Below, piece by piece: positions 1 through 9,268 of a stretch of DNA of 25,207 nucleotides. A program made the position numbers and the translations under genes. Position 1 is the first letter of the stretch, and every line of letters begins with the position of its first letter. The DNA is from a virus (Duplodnaviria; Caudoviricetes), in the IMG/VR virus record IMGVR_UViG_3300037851_000116, positions 1 to 25,207 of that record. One strand, written 5' to 3'. The notes beneath the pieces were generated by a model. The model was not told where the DNA came from, ran no database searches, and saw only the letters and a program-made list of their open reading frames with translations.

Positions 1-1
1 T

Positions 2-403
2 GCGCATGATGGCCTGAAGCATCGACACGCGCGCCGAGTAGTAGTGCAGGTCGCTGATCTTCGAGTTGATCGGCTGGCTGGTGAGGAACAGGTCGTAGGT
101 CGCCTTCGCTTCCTCTGGCGAGCACTTGAGGATCACTTCGCGCAGCGTGCGCACGGAGTAGTCCACGCGCTGCACCATCGACCCGTTGCGGTTGTCCTGA
201 TCACGCGCTGCCACGTCGTGAATCCGATTGAGGAGAACCTGCACTTCGGCCTTGGTGGCGACCTCGGCCTTGGCCTGTTCCCATCGCGCGGAGAAGTCGG
301 AAGCGGTCTTCTCGATCGCGCCGTAGGTCGTCTTGACCTCGGCGAGAATCTTCCTGACCTCTGCCGACATTCCGGCGATCTCGGTCATGCTTTGTGCATC
401 CAT
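2..403 (-). CDS. Partial (N-terminal 134 aa, runs off window) putative second major capsid protein, paralog of 476..2059
   Basis: Not in the ORF track; translated by hand: MDAQSMTEIAGMSAEVRKILAEVK...LREVILKCSPEEAKATYDLFLTSQPINSKISDLHYYSARVSMLQAIMR. RBS GAAGGA precedes ATG at 403. It aligns with IREV..NPTNCRAMFDVYLSTQP..HHQLAARIMTLTALGR of the upstream capsid gene. Confidence 0.7.
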   Translation of the reverse strand, partial: MDAQSMTEIAGMSAEVRKILAEVKTTYGAIEKTASDFSARWEQAKAEVATKAEVQVLLNRIHDVAARDQDNRNGSMVQRVDYSVRTLREVILKCSPEEAKATYDLFLTSQPINSKISDLHYYSARVSMLQAIMR

Positions 404-475
404 GATCGTTCGTTCCTTCGGTCGGTCCCCTTCCGATCTCAGAACTCAGCGCGGCAGAAGCGCCAGGAAGAAACG

Positions 476-2059
476 CTACTTGGAAAGTCCTCCAAGAATG
501 GCCTCGCCGTTCCACGCCGTGGGCAACACGCTCTTGAAGTCACCTTTCCAGACTCCCATGATCGCGCCCGAAGCGTAGGCGGGTATCCGTTCCTGCTCGA
601 TGTAGATGCCGCCCCTCTGGCCGAGCACCCACCCGCGACGGTGCGCAAGCACCGCCATCGTCTTGTCCGTGGTGCTGTTGTCGTAGAAGCCGTTCGCATT
701 GCAGTTGATACGAACGAACTCGGACAGCACCAGCGGGAAACCCATGTACGTACCGATAGCACCGAGCGGCGGATTCGCCCGAGTGCCAAGTTGACTGGCC
801 GGGAGAAACAGCTTCTTCGTCGTGTCGTTGGTGAGCATGTTGACGAACCCGAACCCCGACGTGATGACCATGATATCGGTCAGCGTCGATAGCATCGCCT
901 GCGAAGCATCGGACGACACGACGAGTTTCTTGTGCGCCGCGAGGAAGGTGGCATCGGTCCAGGCATTGCCAGCCGCTGCCGAATAGGCACTCTTCCCGCG
1001 CGCGCGTTCCCGCAGGCCCACCCACGCCGCACGCGAGTACTTCGTTCCATCGGGCCATGCGGTCACGATGAGATCGGAGTCAGGCTGGTTATTCACCGTG
1101 CCGCCGTTGATGATCGCGTCCTCGACACCACGCCTGCACTCGTTCGCCATCAGGCGACCCAGGAAGTCGAGCATGGGAACGGCAGACTCTTCGGTCATGT
1201 CCTCCGTCACGATGACGATGCCACGCATGGAGATGTCGTTGAGCGCGGCCCGATCCGTCGAAGCGTACGAGCCAGCGGCGTAGGTCGGGTAGGTGGCATA
1301 GTTGTACCCGCCCGATGGCAGACCGGTGAACTCACCACGCACGCGCGCCGGGGCGATATCGGCCAGCGACCCGCCGTCCACGCCGGGCGTGGGGCGCAGG
1401 AACAGCGGCACATTGCACGACCCTGCGGGCATCGGGTACTGAATGAAATTGGGGGCGACGGCACCGGCGACCTCGAAGTACCGAATGACCTGCGATGACA
1501 CAGCGGTTGGTGTCCATTCGCTCACCTCGCCCGTATCGAATGCGCGGGTGAGGAAGTCGCGACCGAACAGATGCAGGGTGAGGCCGAGGTACTTGCGCCA
1601 GAGCAGGAGTGACGCAGCGCACTCCGAGTCGGCGACCTTCCAAAAGGGGTTGTTGTAGAGCACGCGACCGAGAGCCGTCAGCGTCATGATGCGAGCGGCA
1701 AGCTGATGGTGCTCTCGCTCCTCGGACGTGCGCGGCTGCGTTGACAGGTACACGTCGAACATCGCACGGCAGTTCGTGGGGTTCAGGCGATCACGGCTGA
1801 ACGCGAACACCTCGCGGATGTTGGTCGCGTCGAAGGCATCGGCGCGGGGAATGAGCACGCTCGGCTGCGACTCCATCTCCCACGTTCGATTGCGTTCCCA
1901 CGCTGCGATGACCGATTCGCCGCCCATCTTCCAGACGTCGCTGATGACGCTGTCCTTGCGTTCATCGAAGTCAGCACGGGCAGGGTCGGCGTTGTGCTCC
2001 TTCATTGAGGCGTCGATCAGCGCGCGCAGACCGGTGACCGTAAGATCAGAGGTTTGCAT
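476..2059 (-). CDS. HK97-fold major capsid protein (527 aa)
   Basis: Lies after the prohead protease. Capsid-like motifs: DTGEVSEWTP..VSSQVI, YPMP, VTEDMTEES, VEDAIINGG, GTYMGFPLVLSEF. Confidence 0.8.
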   Translation of the reverse strand: MQTSDLTVTGLRALIDASMKEHNADPARADFDERKDSVISDVWKMGGESVIAAWERNRTWEMESQPSVLIPRADAFDATNIREVFAFSRDRLNPTNCRAMFDVYLSTQPRTSEEREHHQLAARIMTLTALGRVLYNNPFWKVADSECAASLLLWRKYLGLTLHLFGRDFLTRAFDTGEVSEWTPTAVSSQVIRYFEVAGAVAPNFIQYPMPAGSCNVPLFLRPTPGVDGGSLADIAPARVRGEFTGLPSGGYNYATYPTYAAGSYASTDRAALNDISMRGIVIVTEDMTEESAVPMLDFLGRLMANECRRGVEDAIINGGTVNNQPDSDLIVTAWPDGTKYSRAAWVGLRERARGKSAYSAAAGNAWTDATFLAAHKKLVVSSDASQAMLSTLTDIMVITSGFGFVNMLTNDTTKKLFLPASQLGTRANPPLGAIGTYMGFPLVLSEFVRINCNANGFYDNSTTDKTMAVLAHRRGWVLGQRGGIYIEQERIPAYASGAIMGVWKGDFKSVLPTAWNGEAILGGLSK

Positions 2060-2324
2060 CGGTATCCTTCTCCTCTCGCGGCGTCAGCATCCGCGCGAAC
2101 GCCATCCTGAAATCCAGGTCGTCACTTACGCTGAGCGTGCCCGGTGGGTAGAGCGTGCCCGGGTGGCGAGACTGACGTCCGCCAACGTCCTGCGACTGGA
2201 CCACCCACCCGCTGATGTTGTGTGCGTGCGGCAACACGTAGTCGCCGCAGTCGATTGAAGTCATCCCCGTCCCATCATCGAACAAGACGAGCACGCGATG
2301 GCGATGCCCATCTTGGTCATCCAT
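2046..2324 (-). CDS. Hypothetical protein (~92 aa) between protease and capsid
   Basis: 3' part of ORF 2046..2549 from ATG at 2324. It fills the gap and overlaps the capsid start. No recognisable motif. Confidence 0.4.
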   Translation of the reverse strand: MDDQDGHRHRVLVLFDDGTGMTSIDCGDYVLPHAHNISGWVVQSQDVGGRQSRHPGTLYPPGTLSVSDDLDFRMAFARMLTPREEKDTDANL

Positions 2325-2400
2325 CGGAGTTTCGCGCGGCCCGCCTTCTACGATGTGACTCCCTTCGCTCGGCTTCGCTCCCGGTTTGTCCTGTAGTGGA

Positions 2401-3309
2401 TTACCACCCGGAGCGAAAGGGACTGGAACCGGCGGCACCCCCAGGGCCGCCTTGCGGGGGAGGCGTACCGCCACCCCCACCCGTCTCACCGCCAGGGTCC
2501 ATCGGGATGTTCTCGTATCGGAACCCCGACGTGACCTTGCGCAACTCATCGAGCTCGGCGCGCAGCATGTCGTTTGCTTCGTGCAGCGTGCCCTTCGATT
2601 CGTGATCCTTCAGCGCAGCCTCGACAAGTTCCTTGACGGTGCCGATTCGCTGCGTGATCTCCTCGGCGACGGCGAGACGGATGGCGTCACGGTCGAGCGC
2701 TGACCGCTTGATCGCCTCGAAGTCCGTGCGCGCCTTTTCGAAGGTGCTGCTCATCGTCAACATCTTCTCCATCAGGTCGCCCATCTGAGCGCCGATGGCA
2801 GGCGCGCCCTGCGCGAGCAGGTTCGCCGGAAGCGTGACGACAGAATCCTCGAGCAGGAATACCGACTCGAAGATCAGGCAGTCATCAGCGCGGTCGTACT
2901 TCGGTTCTTCGAGCACACGGAACCCGACCGACTGCCCCCACAGGAACCCACGTTCGATCTGTCCCACCTTCGAGACGGTGAAGGGATCGCCAAGGTCGAA
3001 CTCGGCTTCGTGCGTGTACAGACCGTCCTCGCGCACCTCGATATTCGGGTGGCGTCCGATCAGCAGATCGCGGTCGTGATTGAAGAACATGGGCACGGCA
3101 CGCCGCACCTGCTTGGTCCAGAAGTCCACGCTGTTGCGCCACGCCGAGCCGAGGATTCGCCAGCGGTCGATGTCGAGGTCCACCTTGCTCATGTAGCCGG
3201 AGATCGTGAACCGCGTCTCGTCCGTTCGCTTCACCTCGTCAATGGTGGCAGACGAGAGGTCGCGAATCAGGACGGTGCCCGGTTCGATCCGCCTTCCTAG
3301 CCAGTCCAT
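2401..3309 (-). CDS. HK97-family prohead maturation protease with C-terminal coiled-coil (scaffold-like) region
   Basis: FTISGYMS, PMFFNHD..LIG (catalytic His), GQSVGFRV (catalytic Ser), LLEDSVVTLPAN. Helical C-terminal half and a Gly/Pro tail. Confidence 0.9.
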   Translation of the reverse strand: MDWLGRRIEPGTVLIRDLSSATIDEVKRTDETRFTISGYMSKVDLDIDRWRILGSAWRNSVDFWTKQVRRAVPMFFNHDRDLLIGRHPNIEVREDGLYTHEAEFDLGDPFTVSKVGQIERGFLWGQSVGFRVLEEPKYDRADDCLIFESVFLLEDSVVTLPANLLAQGAPAIGAQMGDLMEKMLTMSSTFEKARTDFEAIKRSALDRDAIRLAVAEEITQRIGTVKELVEAALKDHESKGTLHEANDMLRAELDELRKVTSGFRYENIPMDPGGETGGGGGTPPPQGGPGGAAGSSPFRSGW

Positions 3310-3347
3310 GTTTCGATTCCTCCCGTCTGATCCGTGAGCGCGTTCGA

Positions 3348-3590
3348 CTACTTCTTGCCCTTGTGCGCAATCGTTTCGGCTGCGGGCGGAACAGGGGCCG
3401 GGTCCTCGATGACGGGCACCTCGGGCGCGGGCGTCATCTTGAGCACGCCGCGCAGGGACGCGCTGCCCAACTCGACCTGCACGACGGTGAAGGTCATGGC
3501 GACCGTATCGCCTTCCTTGTACCCGGCGATCTCGACACCCTTGAGTTGAAGCTGATCGCTGTCCGCTAGGTTCAGGTCTGCGACTCTCAT
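3348..3590 (-). CDS. Small hypothetical head-module protein (80 aa)
   Basis: Strong RBS (AAAGGAG) upstream; co-oriented within the head operon. Confidence 0.65.
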   Translation of the reverse strand: MRVADLNLADSDQLQLKGVEIAGYKEGDTVAMTFTVVQVELGSASLRGVLKMTPAPEVPVIEDPAPVPPAAETIAHKGKK

Positions 3591-3627
3591 GTCTCGTTCT
3601 CCTTTTCGTTTCGGTTGGGGGTGGAAC

Positions 3628-3951
3628 TCAGTCGTTGTTGAAGTAGAGGACCAACACCTGCTCGTTGGTGCCGTTGGTGGCGGTGTTGGTGAACTTGATG
3701 TTGCCCGCCGTGATCGTGATGGTGTCGGTCATGAGGTCCGTCTTGACCGCCGATCCCGATCCGGCGTCATGCCCGCGCAGGTGAAGCGCGGCGACGACCG
3801 TTGCCGTGGCGAGCAGACCAGAGATCGGGATGTTCGTGTTGCTAGCGGCACCCGCACCGATGTAGATCTTGAGCGATTGCAGTTGGGCGATGTATCGCCG
3901 CACGTCAGGCTGACCGGTATTGGTCAGTTCCTGCGTATTCTTAAGCGTCAT
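3628..3951 (-). CDS. Putative virion/head decoration protein (107 aa)
   Basis: ATGA overlap with the portal stop; Thr/Ala/Gly/Asn-rich, beta-type sequence. Function is inferred from position only. Confidence 0.6.
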   Translation of the reverse strand: MTLKNTQELTNTGQPDVRRYIAQLQSLKIYIGAGAASNTNIPISGLLATATVVAALHLRGHDAGSGSAVKTDLMTDTITITAGNIKFTNTATNGTNEQVLVLYFNND

Positions 3952-6248
3952 TCCATGTCCTCCTTCGTGGCCGCGTACAAGACGCAGCGGCAGTTGATCG
4001 TCTCGCCAGGATCGCCGTCTGGATCGTGCGGGTACTTGCAGCCGTTAGGGAACTCTTTACCGGTTGGAACAATGTAGCCGTCCTGCGCTTCATGCGTTTC
4101 ACGGACGCGCTCATCACCAGACGTGGCCCAACCGTTGTACTCCACCCCAAGCTGTTTCATCGCCTCGGCCCGTCCTTGCGAGGCGGCACCAAGTGCTTCG
4201 TTCTCGGCAATCGCCAGTGAACGAGCCGTGGGACCGCCTCGCAGTGACGTGTCGGGATCACCAGCAACGATGGTACGGATTCGAGAGGCGAGCGCCGAAA
4301 CGTCCTCGCGTGCGTTGATTCCTTGTTCCAGAGTCTTGCGACAGCGGTCCAGTAGAGTCTTGACGCGCTGGCCGACCTGTTCCTTGTTTCGCTGAATCAG
4401 CCGGAGTACGCCCGGCGCTCCCTCATCGAACAGCGCAGTCGGCCCCCCGAACTCCCGAACAGAGTCCCGACCGAACGCGCCCATGATCTTCTTGTACGCC
4501 GGACCGTGTCGTTGCATCACGCGGCGTAGAATCTCCTCCTCCATCGGGATCAACATGCCCATCGGCGTGTTCTGATTCACCAGCTTCGAGTCGGCTCCAA
4601 TGCCAGTTGTGTCGGCCTTGCGCAGGTTCGCAACGATATCGTCATGCAGATCAGCGAGATTCACACGCCAGATGCGTTCGAGTACCGCAGCGAACGGAAC
4701 GACCTTCTGATGGAATGAGGACGCGATGTTCTCGCGCCGCATCTTGCGCCCGAGTTCGAGTGCGCGTGCCGCCTTGTCCTGGGGAGGGGGAGGAGGAGCG
4801 GTGGAGCCGTCCGTATCCTCCTCCCCCGGTGCGGGTTCGTCCTCATCGTTCTCTGTGGAACCGTTGATCATCGCATCCTGCATGTCCTTGGCGCGCTTGT
4901 CGGACTGTTCCTTGAGCGGACCGGCAATCGGTTGCAGATTCGATGCGATGAAATGCGTATCACCCTCGGGATAGGTTGGCATGCCCTGTTCGCGCAGAAT
5001 GTCATTCGGCGTTGCAAGGCCGAACGAAATGCGCTTGGACGAGCGATCAACAATCGCATCCTCGCCGTCTTGCAGGGCATCTACGCCGGATAGGTCGAAC
5101 GAGAAGTAGGTACCGGGTTGCAGGATGGGTACAATCTGCGAGTTGACCATGTACTCGATCATGGAGAGCACCGGCTTCACCGAGTTCTTCCAATGCGTGC
5201 GCTCCTGCTGATTCACTTGCGCGCCAGCGCCGAGTCCAGTCGATCCTTCATAGTCACCGACCATACCGGGGTTTACGTTGCCAGCCGAGAAGATCGCGCG
5301 TTGCATCGCCTGCTTCATGGTCTGGAATGCCATGTCGCGGTGCGAGTACTGGAACGGAGTAACGTCTACATCCTCAAGCAACAGCACGCCGCCCGCGTTG
5401 TCCGGTCCGATCCAGCGTTCGCGAATATCGTGTTCCAGCTTGGACCGCTCCTCTGGTGAGAGCGTTCCATCCTTCGGAGTCACGATTGCAGACGGAGAAC
5501 CGCCACGCCGCAGGAATGACGCATTGAAGCGGTTGGCGTTCAGATCCTGCTCGACTTCGAGTAGTGCAGCACGGAACGGTGATTGCCCCTCCGTGTACGG
5601 GTTCATCAGGTCGATCTCCATCGCAGACGCGACGTTGACGACCGGCAGGAGGACCGGATCAGCCAGTCCATCCACCTTGAACTCGTACCCGGCAATGCCT
5701 GCCGGCACCTGGGCCACGACCTTGATCGAATGGGCCGGGAGTATCCACAGGTTGCGGAACGGCGCGCCGAGTGTCGGTGCTGCCGGGGTACCACCGGTCA
5801 TGAGCAGGTGTCCACGCCCCGCCGTGAGCAGGTAGGACACGAATGCCCGCATGGTCTGGCCCCATGAATGAATCGGGTTGGGGCGTAGGAAAATATCGTT
5901 GAGCGGCCCGCCCGTTACTTCCTTGGCCTCGTCCTCGGGTCCTGTGCGCAGGCGTGGCGTGAGCGATGCAACGTCATTGGCGATGCGACGGACCGCTACG
6001 AATACCGAGTTGACGTTGGAGTACAGGCGGACCATGCGGCGGGGCGACCCCATCGGGTCGCTGAACTGCATGGTGAGTTGAGCATCGGGGACAAGCTGAA
6101 CCGTACCCCGAGGAGCCTTCGGCGTGATGCGGGTCACGCGCGGCTTGAACGAACCGGGGCGGCGGTCCGCAACGGGAGTGAATCCAGCGGTCGCCGTCTT
6201 GGCCATGTCGGGGTCCGCGTATACCACGGCACCCGATAGGATCGTCAA
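3948..6248 (-). CDS. Portal protein fused to a C-terminal Mu gpF/SPP1 gp7-like head morphogenesis domain (true start may be ATG at 6206)
   Basis: HK97-type portal motifs: VFVAVRRIANDVASL, RPNP, GQSP, GPDNAG, TPNDILRE.GMP. MuF motifs: IAENE, WATSGDERVRETH..DG, YPHDP, ETINCRC. Confidence 0.9.
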   Translation of the reverse strand: MTILSGAVVYADPDMAKTATAGFTPVADRRPGSFKPRVTRITPKAPRGTVQLVPDAQLTMQFSDPMGSPRRMVRLYSNVNSVFVAVRRIANDVASLTPRLRTGPEDEAKEVTGGPLNDIFLRPNPIHSWGQTMRAFVSYLLTAGRGHLLMTGGTPAAPTLGAPFRNLWILPAHSIKVVAQVPAGIAGYEFKVDGLADPVLLPVVNVASAMEIDLMNPYTEGQSPFRAALLEVEQDLNANRFNASFLRRGGSPSAIVTPKDGTLSPEERSKLEHDIRERWIGPDNAGGVLLLEDVDVTPFQYSHRDMAFQTMKQAMQRAIFSAGNVNPGMVGDYEGSTGLGAGAQVNQQERTHWKNSVKPVLSMIEYMVNSQIVPILQPGTYFSFDLSGVDALQDGEDAIVDRSSKRISFGLATPNDILREQGMPTYPEGDTHFIASNLQPIAGPLKEQSDKRAKDMQDAMINGSTENDEDEPAPGEEDTDGSTAPPPPPQDKAARALELGRKMRRENIASSFHQKVVPFAAVLERIWRVNLADLHDDIVANLRKADTTGIGADSKLVNQNTPMGMLIPMEEEILRRVMQRHGPAYKKIMGAFGRDSVREFGGPTALFDEGAPGVLRLIQRNKEQVGQRVKTLLDRCRKTLEQGINAREDVSALASRIRTIVAGDPDTSLRGGPTARSLAIAENEALGAASQGRAEAMKQLGVEYNGWATSGDERVRETHEAQDGYIVPTGKEFPNGCKYPHDPDGDPGETINCRCVLYAATKEDME

Positions 6249-6250
6249 CA

Positions 6251-6279
6251 GGGAAAATCTATTGGCGGATGATTTTCCC
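6251..6279. promoter_or_regulatory. 9-bp inverted repeat between terL and portal (operator or hairpin)
   Basis: GGGAAAATC-N11-GATTTTCCC, AT-rich for this genome. On the minus strand it is followed by TTGACG-N19-TATACG, preceded by TG. Confidence 0.4.
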
Positions 6280-6290
6280 GTAACCCATTG

Positions 6291-7880
6291 TCATTGACTG
6301 CGTTGACTTCTGCGGGTGAGTGCGTCGAGGTCGGTTCCGTGGATGACTTCTGTCACGCGGCGTTGTTCGATTGCCCGGCCTGATGGGGTAAGTAGGGACA
6401 CGCCGGGTTCTCCACGCGACTGCGCGATGTGCGCGCCGTAGGCCAGGGCATCCACCTGATCGTCGTGCGCTGCCGTGGGGAAGTGCACCATTTCGTCTAT
6501 CAGGTCGGCCAGCCAGTGGGCGCTTCGAGGGAAGAACACATCGCCAGCAGCCATCATTGTTTCGAGTGGGATGGCGCGAGTGATCTTGTCGCCCCGCGTC
6601 TCGACGGGACGGACGCGCAGGCCCTTGCGCTTGCCGCTCTGCACGAACGCGGCTTGATACGCTATCGACTCCACGCCGATGAACCGGAGTTGGTGATGGT
6701 CGAGCATGGTGCGGGCAACCTCGATCTGCTCGGTGAACTCCATGTGCTCACGGCTCACATCGAGGATGATGAGGTACGGACGCTTCCAGAGGAAGGCGAT
6801 GGTGACGACGTAGTCCGCTGTCGTGCGTTGGGAAATGGCGAGGTCCATCGTGCCGTAGCGCATACCCGAGGTGAATGGGATGGGCACCTTGTCCTGATCG
6901 GGTATGTCGAGCATGAAGCGCTTGTTTTCGTGGTCGGTATCGTAGTATCGGAAATACGAATACTTGAAAATGCCGCCTTCGATGGGTTGCGGGTGCTGCT
7001 GGTAAAGCGAGTTCCATGTCAGCGGTCCGCGTTCCTTCTTGATGCGTAGAAGGTCCTCGCGCGGCCAGCGTTCGGGCCAGAGCGCATCACCCTGCTTGCG
7101 ACCGAAGTAGTCACCATCGGTTTCTGCGAGTGCGGGGAAACAGACGACCTCCCAATCGTTCGTTCCCTCCTCGCGCATCTTCTGCATGATGCGTCCGATG
7201 GGATCATCCTCATGCCAGCGCGACATGACGAGGATGACAGAGCCGCCCGGTTGGAGTCGGGTCATGGCGGTGGAGTCCCACCACTGCCAAGTGTTCTCGC
7301 GCACGGTTGGCGAGTTGGCTTCCTCCCAATCCTTGAACAGGTCGTCACCGATGAGCACCCGCGCACCGCGTCCGGTGACGCCGCCGCCACGCCCCGTTGC
7401 GAGTACGGATGAACCACCGGTGATGGTGAACTCGGTGGCGCTGCGCGAATTAGAGCGCAGGGTGATATCGAGCAGGGGTTGGTGTTCGAGTACGGTGTCA
7501 CGAATCTTCCTGCCCCAATGCTCGGCAAACGAGGAGGAGTAGGTCGTGATGATGATTTCGATATGCTCGAAGGTTGATAGGAGCCAGACGGGAGTCCAGT
7601 GTGAGATCAGTTCACTCTTGCCGTGACGGACCGGCATCATCACGATCAGGCGGCCGTTCGGGCGCATCACCGTTTGAACGATCTTCTGACTCAGGTACGT
7701 CAGGTGCTTCGCCGGTTGCCAACGGCCACGGCTGAGGGTACAGGCCAGCGAGGCCGGGGTTAGCCTCCATGCGTTTTCCAATAGCCAAGCCGAGGTTCTC
7801 TGCGAGCGCCAGGGTTCCGGGATCTGCGACCATCTGCTGTAGAACGACTGCCATCCATCGGGGGCGTTCGTTATCTCCAC
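6291..7880 (-). CDS. terL: Terminase large subunit
   Basis: Walker A MPVRHGKS, GGGVTGRGA, Walker B LIGDD, VMSRWHEDD, nuclease MDLA..ADY, FPTAAHDDQVDA. Confidence 0.95.
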   Translation of the reverse strand: MEITNAPDGWQSFYSRWSQIPEPWRSQRTSAWLLENAWRLTPASLACTLSRGRWQPAKHLTYLSQKIVQTVMRPNGRLIVMMPVRHGKSELISHWTPVWLLSTFEHIEIIITTYSSSFAEHWGRKIRDTVLEHQPLLDITLRSNSRSATEFTITGGSSVLATGRGGGVTGRGARVLIGDDLFKDWEEANSPTVRENTWQWWDSTAMTRLQPGGSVILVMSRWHEDDPIGRIMQKMREEGTNDWEVVCFPALAETDGDYFGRKQGDALWPERWPREDLLRIKKERGPLTWNSLYQQHPQPIEGGIFKYSYFRYYDTDHENKRFMLDIPDQDKVPIPFTSGMRYGTMDLAISQRTTADYVVTIAFLWKRPYLIILDVSREHMEFTEQIEVARTMLDHHQLRFIGVESIAYQAAFVQSGKRKGLRVRPVETRGDKITRAIPLETMMAAGDVFFPRSAHWLADLIDEMVHFPTAAHDDQVDALAYGAHIAQSRGEPGVSLLTPSGRAIEQRRVTEVIHGTDLDALTRRSQRSQ

Positions 7881-8256
7881 CGTGCACCACCATGTTCTTC
7901 GGCGCTTCGAGGCCGGGCGTGATCTTCACGTAGCGGTCGAACAGCTTACAGAAGGTGTCGATGGCGTCCATGTCGCCAGATACGACTCGCGCCCATATAC
8001 CACGGCGTGCCGTTTCGATCTGCGCTTGCATGAGTGCGCGGAGTTTGCCGGTGTTCTCCTCGGGCACGGACTGTTCGAGTTCGGATTGCACCGCGCGGTG
8101 GGCAGCCTGCGGACTCGAATACGCACACTGTTGGGCGATCATCGAGTAGGTTGCGCCAGCAAGACGCATCTGTACGGCACGCGCTCGCCGTTCCACGTCG
8201 CTCAGTTCAAGCGGGTGTACGGGTACGGATGGGTCGCGCGGTGGCGTATCGGTCAT
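7612..8256 (-). CDS. Terminase small subunit-like HTH protein
   Basis: RRARAVQMRLAGATYSMIAQQCAY is an HTH, followed by GDMDAID; immediately upstream of terL. Confidence 0.75.
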   Translation of the reverse strand: MTDTPPRDPSVPVHPLELSDVERRARAVQMRLAGATYSMIAQQCAYSSPQAAHRAVQSELEQSVPEENTGKLRALMQAQIETARRGIWARVVSGDMDAIDTFCKLFDRYVKITPGLEAPKNMVVHGGDNERPRWMAVVLQQMVADPGTLALAENLGLAIGKRMEANPGLAGLYPQPWPLATGEAPDVPESEDRSNGDAPERPPDRDDAGPSRQE

Positions 8257-8528
8257 TGGATGACCCCGACGTAATCATAGAGTGCGGTCAGGCCGTCCGC
8301 CGTTACTCCAACGATGCGATACAGCGCGCGCTTGCTAATGCCTGACTTGCTGCTGCTATATCCTATTGTGAGTTCAGCGGGCCACTCATCCGACTTGAGG
8401 TTTTTGGTTGTGACGAGCGGGAACACGTCGCCGTCCAGGGGTCCGCGCACCAGCTTGATTCGCTTGCGGCTGTCCAACGACGATTCGTTTGATTGGTGCT
8501 GGTCTTGCGTCGGGTCGAAATGGATCAT
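8253..8528 (-). CDS. Hypothetical protein (~91 aa)
   Basis: RBS GAAAGGAAGG before ATG 8528; contains LVRGPLDG; ATGA overlap with the terS start. Confidence 0.6.
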   Translation of the reverse strand: MIHFDPTQDQHQSNESSLDSRKRIKLVRGPLDGDVFPLVTTKNLKSDEWPAELTIGYSSSKSGISKRALYRIVGVTADGLTALYDYVGVIQ

Positions 8529-8748
8529 TGCGACCTTCCTTTCTCTCGCGTCGTGCCGCCGTTCGCTCCTCGCGACAGTACGAACACATGTACGAGCACG
8601 GTTCAATACTGCCGTGATCTCTGCGCACGGCGTTCATGAACCGGCCCACCCCTTCGATGGGCCAGTGTACACGATCATCCGGATACTTGGAACCCGGGTA
8701 ACCGGGGGGAAGGTTGAAGTCGTCGTCATCCTCCCACGGCAGTTTCAT
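8386..8748 (-). CDS. Hypothetical protein with CxxxCxxC motif
   Basis: ATG at 8748 overlaps the VRR-NUC stop (ATGA); contains CSYMCSYC. Its 3' end overlaps the next gene. Confidence 0.45.
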   Translation of the reverse strand: MKLPWEDDDDFNLPPGYPGSKYPDDRVHWPIEGVGRFMNAVRRDHGSIEPCSYMCSYCREERTAARRERKEGRNDPFRPDARPAPIKRIVVGQPQANQAGARTPGRRRVPARHNQKPQVG

Positions 8749-9035
8749 GGCAGGCACACCTTCCATTGCGCGCATGTCAGGAGAATCGAACGAATGGCTT
8801 CCTCTAGGTCGTGTACCACGGCGTAGTGTCCCTTCCATCTCTTGATCATCAGTCGCTGCGAGCCAGACAATTTGCCGCCGCGCGTCTTGCACTCGAACAG
8901 GAACGTGAGTCCAGCGTAGCCTACGATCAGATCAACCTCGGCGTTGGCTACGATCACGGAGCAGCCGAACCCGCGCAGGCCGGTCACGATCTCCGTCTGC
9001 ACGGCATCCGTTCTGTGAAAGCGATGGCCCTTCAC
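8745..9035 (-). CDS. VRR-NUC-like PD-(D/E)xK nuclease (resolvase-like)
   Basis: D..Q.EIV..LR..G.SV, VDLIVGY.G.TFLFECKT..GKLS..Q pattern. Confidence 0.85.
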   Translation of the reverse strand: MKGHRFHRTDAVQTEIVTGLRGFGCSVIVANAEVDLIVGYAGLTFLFECKTRGGKLSGSQRLMIKRWKGHYAVVHDLEEAIRSILLTCAQWKVCLP

Positions 9036-9259
9036 AGGAGGGCACCCCTACGCAGCGGGTCGTCGGCGGCGAACTCTTGCCAGCGGTCGATGATGCGCCG
9101 CCACGGGATCTCCCATGAGTCGTTGTGCAGGCGATCCAACTCGACGCCCGCCTGCACACAGATGGCGGCGAACTCCGCCGTGCGCGAGGCATTGCCCAAC
9201 TGGCCAATGCGGGCCAGAAACAGCTTCACGAACTCCTCTCGATCATCCTTGACGCTCAT
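9032..9259 (-). CDS. Hypothetical protein (75 aa)
   Basis: RBS GGAGGA at 9265-9270; GTGA overlap with the VRR-NUC start. Confidence 0.65.
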   Translation of the reverse strand: MSVKDDREEFVKLFLARIGQLGNASRTAEFAAICVQAGVELDRLHNDSWEIPWRRIIDRWQEFAADDPLRRGALL

Positions 9260-9268
9260 CGTGATCCT

